In this document: piece after piece, positions 1-7,463 of the stretch
Position numbering within the stretch: position 1 is the stretch's first letter
Layout: every line of letters begins with the position of its first letter
Origin: a virus
IMG/VR virus record: IMGVR_UViG_3300029267_002434
DNA length: 64,000 nucleotides
Strand: one strand, 5' to 3'
Made by a program: the position numbers and the translations under genes
The notes under the pieces: model-generated
What the model was told of the DNA's origin: nothing
Database searches by the model: none
Seen by the model: only the letters and a program-made list of their open reading frames with translations

Positions 1-39
1 AGTCGAGAAGAACAATGCGAAAGAGCGATCCGCACTCTA

Positions 40-672
40 TTGGATAGAGCGGATTCCGCTCATACTGAGTGGGAGCTGGATGTATATCCGAGCTGTTCCG
101 AGCCCGGATATGACGATGTTCCGGTTCTTACCGCGAACTGGAACAACGTACCGTCAAAGCTATTTGACTGGCTGGAGCGGAAGTTCGACTTATGCAACGA
201 TGATAGGCTATTGTTCCTCGGATGGTGCGACGAATGGATAAGATGCTCACACTGCAGGAGCGCTGTACGAGAATCACCGGACAGCTACGGCTGGCTGCCG
301 TCCTACGTGTGGGTATCAGATTGCGAGATCCTATGCCTGCATTGTTGCGATAGCGAAGACTTCCAAGAGGAGGTCATCGAATGGTATGCCAACAATCCTC
401 GTATGGCGCTGGGACCGGAATGGGATAATATCTTGGAGGACCGGGGCTTTGAATGCGCTACTGAGGACGATCGTGCGTGCCCTCGGTACGAAACCGGCCT
501 CCACCCAGGGCAAGACGATGATCCCAAAGAGGTCTTCGCCCAGCTGAAGAAACGGTTTGAGAAGGTATGGGATCGAACCCAAATCATCTTCATCATGAAA
601 TCCAAAGGGCAGTTCGATCTTGACTGGGGCGTATATTACCGAGTACTTGAAGAGGAGGAAGGCAATGATTAA
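40..672 (+). CDS. hypothetical Cys-rich protein; 5' end may lie upstream of the window
   Basis: ORF-track ORF with a TTG start at 40. The same frame has no stop back to nt 1, so the true start may be outside the window. Contains Cys clusters (CSHC, CLHCC). No family recognised. Confidence 0.5.
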   Translation: MDRADSAHTEWELDVYPSCSEPGYDDVPVLTANWNNVPSKLFDWLERKFDLCNDDRLLFLGWCDEWIRCSHCRSAVRESPDSYGWLPSYVWVSDCEILCLHCCDSEDFQEEVIEWYANNPRMALGPEWDNILEDRGFECATEDDRACPRYETGLHPGQDDDPKEVFAQLKKRFEKVWDRTQIIFIMKSKGQFDLDWGVYYRVLEEEEGND

Positions 673-1180
673 AGGCGGCACTGAAATCAGTCAGAAGTAC
701 GGAGAGGCTTGGGAATCATTGAATCCAGGCGAACGGTGCTCCTTCGAAGACTTCGCAGAACTAGCGGAGCTGGATATCAATGACAAGAAAACCAAAACTC
801 GCTTGTACTCCTTTTTTGCACGACTCCGCAAGCACGGCAGAGTGAAAAAGGAAGGCCATGAGTTTGTCAAGCTCGAAAGCAGCAAAACCATATACAAAAC
901 CCAAACTAAAAAGGACGTGGAGAAATACCAATTCACTATGTTCGAGCTGGGCGAAGCGGTGATGGAATTTATTAAAAACCTCAAATTGGAGATTTCGGCT
1001 CTGAAACGGCAGAGTGACGAGTACGAAAGAGAACTTTCGGAGCAATCATCGGAACTGCATCAGCTCCAAGGAGAATTGAGCGCAGCCAAGAGCAAGATCC
1101 ACGAGCTGAATAATCGTCAATTCAACGGCAAGAAAGCTTCACTGCATGATCTACAAGAGTCTTTGAGAGGAGGTGTATAA
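665..1180 (+). CDS. hypothetical coiled-coil protein
   Basis: ATG at 665 is preceded by GAGGAGGAAGG and overlaps the upstream stop at 670-672. The 620 start in the ORF track has no SD. The C-terminal half is heptad-like (LKLEISALKRQSDEYERELSEQSSELHQLQGELSAAKSKIHELN). Confidence 0.6.
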   Translation: MIKGGTEISQKYGEAWESLNPGERCSFEDFAELAELDINDKKTKTRLYSFFARLRKHGRVKKEGHEFVKLESSKTIYKTQTKKDVEKYQFTMFELGEAVMEFIKNLKLEISALKRQSDEYERELSEQSSELHQLQGELSAAKSKIHELNNRQFNGKKASLHDLQESLRGGV

Positions 1181-1186
1181 ACAGAA

Positions 1187-1408
1187 ATGGCATTGACAGT
1201 AGACGGTATGACCTTTCATTTAACCAAACACGCTGTAAAACGGTATGCCCAACGTATTGGCCCCTATGAAAATGAGGAGGAGATTATCAGGAATTGCCTC
1301 AACGGGCTTCCAGATCACGAACCGGTCTGGGAGCCCCACCGGTTCAAAAAGGGCTTGGTACTGAAGTCGGTTGTACCTAACAACAAAGCACGCAAACTCT
1401 ACTATTGA
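1187..1408 (+). CDS. hypothetical small protein (73 aa)
   Basis: ATG is preceded by GAGAGGAGGTG and the gene is tightly packed with its neighbours. No family recognised. Confidence 0.55.
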   Translation: MALTVDGMTFHLTKHAVKRYAQRIGPYENEEEIIRNCLNGLPDHEPVWEPHRFKKGLVLKSVVPNNKARKLYY

Positions 1409-1420
1409 GAGGAGGATATC

Positions 1421-1720
1421 ATGGAAGAAACCAAAGACATCTGCCGGTACTCGGCAAGCAAAAGAGTCAAATTAACTACCAGAATCATTGCTATCGATGA
1501 GTACGAAGCTGAAACCATAGCGGACAGTCTGGACAGCGGCGATTGGGAGGAGGAGGAAGAGATTGACGGCCCCATGGTGTTTGATCAGGAAACGATTGCT
1601 GCTGTTACCATCGCATGGGACGAGCAATCGCTGGACCGTCGCCATGAAATATCCGAGCATACCTGGAAAGAGATCGTGGGTCTTATTTGCAAGGAATTTA
1701 ACATAGTAATAGACTACTAA
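1421..1720 (+). CDS. hypothetical strongly acidic small protein (99 aa)
   Basis: ATG is preceded by GAGAGGAGGA. Contains D/E-rich runs (DSLDSGDWEEEEEIDG). No family recognised. Confidence 0.55.
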   Translation: MEETKDICRYSASKRVKLTTRIIAIDEYEAETIADSLDSGDWEEEEEIDGPMVFDQETIAAVTIAWDEQSLDRRHEISEHTWKEIVGLICKEFNIVIDY

Positions 1721-1732
1721 GGAGGTGAAATT

Positions 1733-2074
1733 ATGACAAAGAAAGACCAAGAGAGATTGATCAATTTGAAGATCAAAAAGAAGCGCCTTGAGGAGCAAAT
1801 CAAGGGACTCGAGGCCGTTGCAATGAACGAGGAATACGATGAAATCGTAGGCGCCAACGGGAAAGTACAGCTCCAGGCCCGAAAGAATTACAAGATCCCT
1901 TCCAATGTGCCCATAATTGATTACATGGGACAAAACGCCTTCAACGAGAGGGCCAAAATATCCGCCTCCGAAATCACCAAGGCTATTGGGGAGGAAGGAT
2001 TTGACGAACTATTGATCGAAGGCGCAGTGCTTAAAGGGAAAGACACCCGGTATTATAAACTCACCGAATTCTAA
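1733..2074 (+). CDS. hypothetical protein (113 aa)
   Basis: ATG is preceded by AAGGAGGTGA. The N-terminus is Lys-rich and helical. No family recognised. Confidence 0.55.
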   Translation: MTKKDQERLINLKIKKKRLEEQIKGLEAVAMNEEYDEIVGANGKVQLQARKNYKIPSNVPIIDYMGQNAFNERAKISASEITKAIGEEGFDELLIEGAVLKGKDTRYYKLTEF

Positions 2075-2088
2075 TAGTGAGCCACGGA

Positions 2089-2194
2089 TGGTAAGGGGTT
2101 GTTATCTTTTATAATAAAAATAGTAGACATAGGCCACGGATTTCGATATGCTACGCGGGCTGCTTTACTAAGAGGTTCAACCCCTTACCATTTT
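2089..2194 (+). promoter_or_regulatory. long-range stem (13 bp perfect) closing a 76-nt loop, followed by TTTT; candidate terminator or leader structure upstream of the sigma-like gene
   Basis: TGGTAAGGGGTTG (2089-2101) is the exact reverse complement of CAACCCCTTACCA (2178-2190). TTTT follows at 2191-2194. A GCCACGGAT direct repeat lies at 2081-2089 and 2133-2141. The loop is AT-rich (TTATAATAAAAATAG). Confidence 0.45.
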
Positions 2195-2213
2195 AGGAAA
2201 GGAGGATCAATGC

Positions 2214-2681
2214 ATGGTAGAAGACTATCAATGGCTGGTGGAAAAATATTCCAGCAAATTTGCAGCAGTTTCTAACCTAAGCCAAACCGAATTGAAGCAA
2301 CAAGGCTTCCTCATACTCCTGGAGGCCGCAGCTTCCTGGGATCCCGCAAAAGGATCTCTTCCTTCCAGACTCAAGTACAGACTAGCCACCGGACTTCATA
2401 ATTATACCAAGAAGTATTACACACAGCAAACAAACCAAATCTCCTACGAAGACATAAGCCCAACGGATGAATATAATCCGGAACGGCTGTGCATCTTCAA
2501 AGAGGCGTACAGCGCCTTGTCCCAAAACGCTAAGTTGGCCATGCTGCTGCTGATGGAGGAAGTGGACACATCCGTCCCTCCCTTACAAGTGCGAGGTCTT
2601 TTGGTCGAAGCGTTACACAACTATATGGGAAAAGGCAAAGCGTGGCACACCTTGAAAGAACTGAAAGCATTAGCACAATAG
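2214..2681 (+). CDS. sigma-70-family-like transcription factor (region 2-like)
   Basis: The segment ELKQQGFLILLEAAASWDPAKGSLPSRLKYRLATGLHNY resembles sigma region 2.1-2.3 (DLxQEGxxgLxxAxxxFDPxxG). SD AGGAAAGGAGGA lies upstream. Confidence 0.5.
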   Translation: MVEDYQWLVEKYSSKFAAVSNLSQTELKQQGFLILLEAAASWDPAKGSLPSRLKYRLATGLHNYTKKYYTQQTNQISYEDISPTDEYNPERLCIFKEAYSALSQNAKLAMLLLMEEVDTSVPPLQVRGLLVEALHNYMGKGKAWHTLKELKALAQ

Positions 2682-2691
2682 GAGGAGCAAA

Positions 2692-4635
2692 TTGAACTCA
2701 TCTGAAATAAAGCAGCGGATAAAGGATGACGATCTATTTGCTATCGGTGCCCTGCTCCGACTTCATCAATTCCAAACTCCCGACGAGCAGTTGCAGAAAA
2801 CAACAGCTTATGACAACGGTATAGGATTCAACGCTTTTGACGCTGGGATATTGAGCGATATAGCTGAATTCTATTTGAGGAGAGGCCGTCTGTCTCCTAA
2901 ACAATTGAAGCTTATCAAGCCTAAACTGTATAAGTACAGCGACCAATTGGCATCAGTCGGCGGCGCGGAACCGGTGAAAGAATTTAACAAAGAAGAGGAG
3001 CAGAAAAGCAAACGCACTACCAAGAAGAAATACGTGGTAGAAATGGACGAGGAATTGAAGATCATATTCCCCTACGATCCCGACATAGTGGCCAGAATCC
3101 GCACTATACCCGGACGGCGCTATGTAAAAGAGGAGAGGTCTTGGATTGTTCCAAAAACTGTTAGCGCCATAACCGTGCTGGTAGAGGAGTGCTTCGATAT
3201 CTCCGACGAATTGAACGAATGGTGGGAGTCCTACAAGAATGTGAAGGAACTGGACCCCAACTCGATCGAGATTGAAGGATTCAAGACCGAGCTTTATCCA
3301 TTTCAGAAACAAGGCGTTGCGTTCATTGAGTCCCGCGAGGGAAAGGCACTGATAGCAGATGACATGGGCCTTGGGAAAACCATACAGGCGCTGGCGTGGT
3401 TGCATATTCATACAGAAATCAGACCAGCGTTGATAGTGGTCCCAGCTTCCGTTAAGTTGAACTGGCGGAAAGAGGCCCTGCGATTTATGGACCCTGAACC
3501 GGGCATTTCTATACTGCAAGGAAAGACCCCGGACCCCTATGACGTAGGGGATGATATTGTTATTATTAACTATGACATCGTGCACGACTGGCGCGACGTG
3601 CTATTGGAAAAGCCTTTCAAAGCACTGATCCTCGACGAAGCCCACCGTACCAAAAACCCCAAGGCGTTACGATCGGCTGCAGTCATGCGGCTTGCCCGAA
3701 AGATCGACAATGTAATAGCCTTGACGGGCACCCCTATCTTGAACCGACCTATCGAAATCTTCAACTGCCTCAAAATGCTCCGACCGGCTATGTTCAAATC
3801 CCAATGGGCGTTCGCAAAAAGATATTGCGATCTTCGCCATAATGGGTTTGGATGGGAGATGAATGGAGCGACTAACAAAGAAGAACTCCATAAAATCCTA
3901 GCCGAGGAAGTAATGATCCGGCGGATGAAGACTGAGGTACTGACCGAGCTCCCGGACAAGCAACGCATACCGATGCCGGTAGAGATCGACAATACCAAAG
4001 AATATCGCAGAGCTGAAATGAACTTCATCGCGTACCTTCAAGACATCGATCCAAAGAAAGCATCTTCAGCCGCTAGAGCGCAAGTGTTAGCCGAGATAGA
4101 AGGCCTGAAACAACTGGCGCTCGCTGGGAAGATTAAAGAATGCATTAAGTGGATCGATGACTTTCTGGAAGATAGTGAGGAGAAGCTAGTGATATTCGCG
4201 GTCCACCACAGTGCTGTAGACCGACTGATGGAAGCCTACGGGCACAAAGCTGTGAAAATAGACGGACGGATCGCGCAAAGTAAACGCCAAGATATCGTTG
4301 ATAAGTTCCAAGAAGACCCCGACACCCGGCTATTCGTCGGGAATATTCAGGCGGCTGGTGAGGGTATTACTCTGACCTCCGCCTCGAATTGCGTATTCAT
4401 CGAACTGCCCTGGACGCCAGGAGCCCTGGAACAAGCATCCGACCGTATTCATAGAATAGGCCAAGAAGCCGACAGTGTGAATATATACTACCTGATCGCG
4501 GAAGGCACAATTGAAGAACGAATGATGCGAGTATTGGATGCTAAACGAAGGGTAATTCAAGAGGTTGTAGACGGCCTGTCTCAGGACGATCAAGAATCAA
4601 CCCTAGCTGCCTTGCTGGAGGAATATCGTGGATAA
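2692..4635 (+). CDS. SNF2/Rad54-family helicase
   Basis: SNF2 motifs are present: LIADDMGLGKT (I), LILDEAHRTKN (II), LTGTPILNRP (III). The helicase-C part has GEGITLTSASNCVFIELPWTPGALEQASDRIHRIGQ (V-VI). TTG start. Confidence 0.9.
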   Translation: MNSSEIKQRIKDDDLFAIGALLRLHQFQTPDEQLQKTTAYDNGIGFNAFDAGILSDIAEFYLRRGRLSPKQLKLIKPKLYKYSDQLASVGGAEPVKEFNKEEEQKSKRTTKKKYVVEMDEELKIIFPYDPDIVARIRTIPGRRYVKEERSWIVPKTVSAITVLVEECFDISDELNEWWESYKNVKELDPNSIEIEGFKTELYPFQKQGVAFIESREGKALIADDMGLGKTIQALAWLHIHTEIRPALIVVPASVKLNWRKEALRFMDPEPGISILQGKTPDPYDVGDDIVIINYDIVHDWRDVLLEKPFKALILDEAHRTKNPKALRSAAVMRLARKIDNVIALTGTPILNRPIEIFNCLKMLRPAMFKSQWAFAKRYCDLRHNGFGWEMNGATNKEELHKILAEEVMIRRMKTEVLTELPDKQRIPMPVEIDNTKEYRRAEMNFIAYLQDIDPKKASSAARAQVLAEIEGLKQLALAGKIKECIKWIDDFLEDSEEKLVIFAVHHSAVDRLMEAYGHKAVKIDGRIAQSKRQDIVDKFQEDPDTRLFVGNIQAAGEGITLTSASNCVFIELPWTPGALEQASDRIHRIGQEADSVNIYYLIAEGTIEERMMRVLDAKRRVIQEVVDGLSQDDQESTLAALLEEYRG

Positions 4636-4921
4636 AAAACGAGCTGTCCAACTCCGGCGATCCGGAGACGTGTTCAAGATGAGATTCGACGGTGTGAAAT
4701 CCGGGCATAAGTTGGCCCGGATTAAGCACCTGGATGCAAAAACCCTGAAGGCCCGGGTAGAATACCCAGAAGGTCCCTTCAATTCAGAATACCCTTGGAT
4801 CCGCTACCCTCTGCATATGATAGAAGAAGTTGAAGAACGAATTCCACTTTATTCCACTTCTAACGACATGCCTAGTAGACGAACCAGGGTAAATGGAAAA
4901 AAGCCAAGACGCACAAAATGA
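4628..4921 (+). CDS. hypothetical basic protein (97 aa)
   Basis: GTG start overlaps the SNF2 stop. No family recognised. Confidence 0.45.
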   Translation: MDKKRAVQLRRSGDVFKMRFDGVKSGHKLARIKHLDAKTLKARVEYPEGPFNSEYPWIRYPLHMIEEVEERIPLYSTSNDMPSRRTRVNGKKPRRTK

Positions 4922-5552
4922 AGTGGGTTCTGTGGCCATTAAAAGGAGAGGAGACAAGCCATTGCCGGCAAAGATAGATTGGAATGGATTAGCAGAGTAC
5001 ATGAATTACAGTTCTGTGAAGGAAATGCTTGAATCGGAGATAGCCAAGGAAGCCCACGCCAAATTCGTAGGACACAATGTGACAAGTTTCGCGAAAAAGT
5101 TGGGCGTGAGCACGGTCAGCTTGGCCAAGAAGATGAAAGAAGTGGGAGTGGAAGCGCCACCGAAAGGAATGAAATATTACTTCTTTCCTGAACGGTTCGG
5201 ATATTCTAGCGAGAAGGCAATGTTTCAATGTTGGCGATTCGATGAAGGAAAGTCACCAGAGGAAATCCAAGATCTTTTGAAAGAAAAGATTACGGAGCTC
5301 CCAGTTCGCCGACAGAATGTTATAAAACGATTGAAAGAATACAAGTGCTTTAACGGGATTGAGCGGCAATACATTTATCACAAGGACGGAACGTGGAGCT
5401 GGAGAAAACTATGCCCTATATGCGGAGGGGCGACGGTTCGCAAACCAAACAATGAACGCGGGTACGCCGGATCTTGGTGTACCCGATGCGACTGGGAAAC
5501 ACCGCAGAACAGAAAGGAAGATATTTATGTTCCAAGCCCGGAGGTTCTATGA
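4893..5552 (+). CDS. hypothetical protein with HTH-like segment and C-terminal zinc ribbon
   Basis: NVTSFAKKLGVSTVSLAKKMKEVG looks HTH-like. CPICGG...CTRCDW is a CxxC...CxxC ribbon. Confidence 0.5.
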   Translation: MEKSQDAQNEVGSVAIKRRGDKPLPAKIDWNGLAEYMNYSSVKEMLESEIAKEAHAKFVGHNVTSFAKKLGVSTVSLAKKMKEVGVEAPPKGMKYYFFPERFGYSSEKAMFQCWRFDEGKSPEEIQDLLKEKITELPVRRQNVIKRLKEYKCFNGIERQYIYHKDGTWSWRKLCPICGGATVRKPNNERGYAGSWCTRCDWETPQNRKEDIYVPSPEVL

Positions 5553-6435
5553 AGACTATGGAATTGACTACAGCGATGGAACGATTAGTCATAAGCACAC
5601 TCGAAGAGGTTGGATTAACCGCCCGTGTCCGTTCTGTACGGGCAATCCCGGACTCCACCTCGGATATAACGAAAGCAATGGATATTACGTTTGTTATCGA
5701 TGTGGAGGCCATTCCGCAGCTAAAGTGGTTCGGGCTCTCCGAGGCAGCAGCTGGACGGAAGCTAAGAGACTCGTTTCTGCATATGGCGGCGAGGAAGCTT
5801 ACAAAACGAAGAGAGCGCGTGAAGCAAAAGAGAAAGAGATTGAAGTGGTACTACCGAAAGGCAGTGGTCCGCTTATTGAACAACACCGCGTCTACCTTGT
5901 TGCGAGATACTTTGACCCTGAAGCCCTGGAGGACATATGGGGCTTGCTCGGAACGAACCACCTGGGACCATACAAGTGGCGAATCATCGCCCCTATCTTG
6001 TTTGGGGGAAAACTCGTGTCTTACCAAGGCCGAGATATCACGGGGCGGTCTGATAAGAAATACAAAGCATGCGCGAGAGATAGCGAACAAATACATCACA
6101 AACAGGTTCTCTACGGATATGACTTAGCCGATCGAGATGTCCTGGTTGTGGAAGGAGTAACGGACGTATGGCGAATGGGTCCTGGGTCGGTAGCTACGTT
6201 TGGAATAAAATATACACCGGCCCAGGTCAAATTGTTGAGCCAATTCCGGCGAGTGTTTGTATGGTTCGATGAAGAAGATCCCGAGGCTGAAGAGAAAAAC
6301 CTACAGCTGGCCTCAGAACTGACGGCACTTGGAGTCGATTCTGAGGTTATCCGAGCTGGGATCGAAGGAGATCCTGGAGACTTGAATCAAAAGGATGCAG
6401 ACTACGTTATGCGAGAACTGTTGATAAGAAGGTGA
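5527..6435 (+). CDS. DNA primase (zinc finger + TOPRIM, DnaG-like)
   Basis: Zn finger CPFCTG...CYRCGG. TOPRIM residues VVEGVTDVWRM (Glu) and VWFDEEDPEAEE (DxD-type). ATG at 5527 avoids the long overlap implied by the 5359 start in the ORF track. Confidence 0.8.
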   Translation: MFQARRFYEDYGIDYSDGTISHKHTRRGWINRPCPFCTGNPGLHLGYNESNGYYVCYRCGGHSAAKVVRALRGSSWTEAKRLVSAYGGEEAYKTKRAREAKEKEIEVVLPKGSGPLIEQHRVYLVARYFDPEALEDIWGLLGTNHLGPYKWRIIAPILFGGKLVSYQGRDITGRSDKKYKACARDSEQIHHKQVLYGYDLADRDVLVVEGVTDVWRMGPGSVATFGIKYTPAQVKLLSQFRRVFVWFDEEDPEAEEKNLQLASELTALGVDSEVIRAGIEGDPGDLNQKDADYVMRELLIRR

Positions 6436-6476
6436 CTAACATACCAGGATGGATAGAGTTTCAAAGAAGGGGTGCC

Positions 6477-6514
6477 GTTATATATAACTTGTTATATATA
6501 ACTACGCGCGTAGT
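6477..6514. promoter_or_regulatory. tandem palindromes: 2 x GTTATATATAAC plus ACTACGCGCGTAGT (operator- or origin-like)
   Basis: The 12-bp perfect palindrome GTTATATATAAC occurs at 6477-6488 and 6491-6502. It is followed directly by the 14-bp palindrome ACTACGCGCGTAGT (6501-6514). TACGCGCG recurs at 6521-6528. The site lies in the 198-nt primase-downstream intergenic region. Confidence 0.5.
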
Positions 6515-6550
6515 TCTTATTACGCGCGCCCGAGCGCCTCAGCGCGTGCA

Positions 6551-6590
6551 GGATACCCTTATCCCACCCCTAAAGGGGTGGGGGGTATCC
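6551..6590 (+). promoter_or_regulatory. GC-rich hairpin (imperfect ~17-bp stem, TAAA loop)
   Basis: GGATACCCTTATCCCACCCC TAAA GGGGTGGGGGGTATCC. The core CCCACCCC/GGGGTGGG is perfect and the outer GGATACC/GGTATCC arms also pair. No clean U-tract follows. Confidence 0.45.
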
Positions 6591-6633
6591 TCACCCCTTT
6601 GGGTTGCAAGAGTAGGTTTTGAAGGAGGTTTTT

Positions 6634-7452
6634 ATGAGAACTAAATTCCCAGGAAAAAGAAAAACTATGGGAACAAAAATCAAAGATAAGAAACCTCCCA
6701 AAAAGGTTTCTCCCAAGAAAAAGATTAGACAAGAAGGATATGAAATACTTGTAAAAAATCTTACCATTCATTCCATGATATCTCTATGGATCAATACAGA
6801 AGGATTAACCGGCCATACTAAGCGAGTGCAAGAAAGATGCGCTTATTTCCTGTCTGCTTTAGCAGAAGGGAAATTAGTCCCTGCTCTTCAAAGATATTAT
6901 GGCAAAGCTAAGGTAAACCTTCCACCTGAACAATTAGAGATAGTTTCCAAACGAATAGGCATTACCAGAGTGGACCGAATGGTATTAGATTACATCGAGT
7001 ATTATCTTGATCCCACTTTACTTACCAAGTACATGACACCCAGTTTAATACAAGCTATCTACCATGAATACTACCAAAGTTCACCGCTGATTTATTACAC
7101 GCAGATCGCTATTCCCAGATCCATATTCCCAGATCCAATTGACTCTGCGAGAGATGTTGATATCAAATTAGGAGCCCATACATTTATCAAAGATTATTAT
7201 TGGATAAATGGAAAGAAAGATAATTATCAAACGCGCAAGCAAGTAGCAGCACTGGCCAAAACTCTTATTCAAATATTCCGCAGCTCGGATACTACTATGG
7301 CTTCAGGAATTACAGATCCAGTTGATATGATGGAGGAGTATGCGTTCTGGTTAAACCAAAGCGGAGCCAAAGCTTCGCCGCTTGGATTAGGCCCCACCAG
7401 TGGATGGTGGAAATCTTTCAGAGACGAAGTTCTACATCTTGCAGATGAGTAA
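6634..7452 (+). CDS. hypothetical protein (272 aa)
   Basis: ATG at 6634 is preceded by GAAGGAGG. The N-terminus is Lys-rich. No family recognised. Confidence 0.6.
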   Translation: MRTKFPGKRKTMGTKIKDKKPPKKVSPKKKIRQEGYEILVKNLTIHSMISLWINTEGLTGHTKRVQERCAYFLSALAEGKLVPALQRYYGKAKVNLPPEQLEIVSKRIGITRVDRMVLDYIEYYLDPTLLTKYMTPSLIQAIYHEYYQSSPLIYYTQIAIPRSIFPDPIDSARDVDIKLGAHTFIKDYYWINGKKDNYQTRKQVAALAKTLIQIFRSSDTTMASGITDPVDMMEEYAFWLNQSGAKASPLGLGPTSGWWKSFRDEVLHLADE

Positions 7453-7463
7453 GGAGGTGAGAA

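Noticed and set aside
2953-4028. Minus-strand ORFs of 210 aa (2953..3585) and 152 aa (3570..4028)
   Set aside because: They are antisense to the SNF2 helicase, whose motifs are unambiguous.
5474-6127. 217-aa plus-strand ORF in an alternative frame
   Set aside because: It lies inside the primase gene in another frame. The primase frame carries the Zn-finger and TOPRIM motifs, and this ORF has none.
6432-6644. 70-aa ORF across the primase-downstream intergenic region
   Set aside because: It reads straight through the palindromes and the hairpin, has no SD, and overlaps the SD-supported start at 6634. The region is better explained as regulatory DNA.
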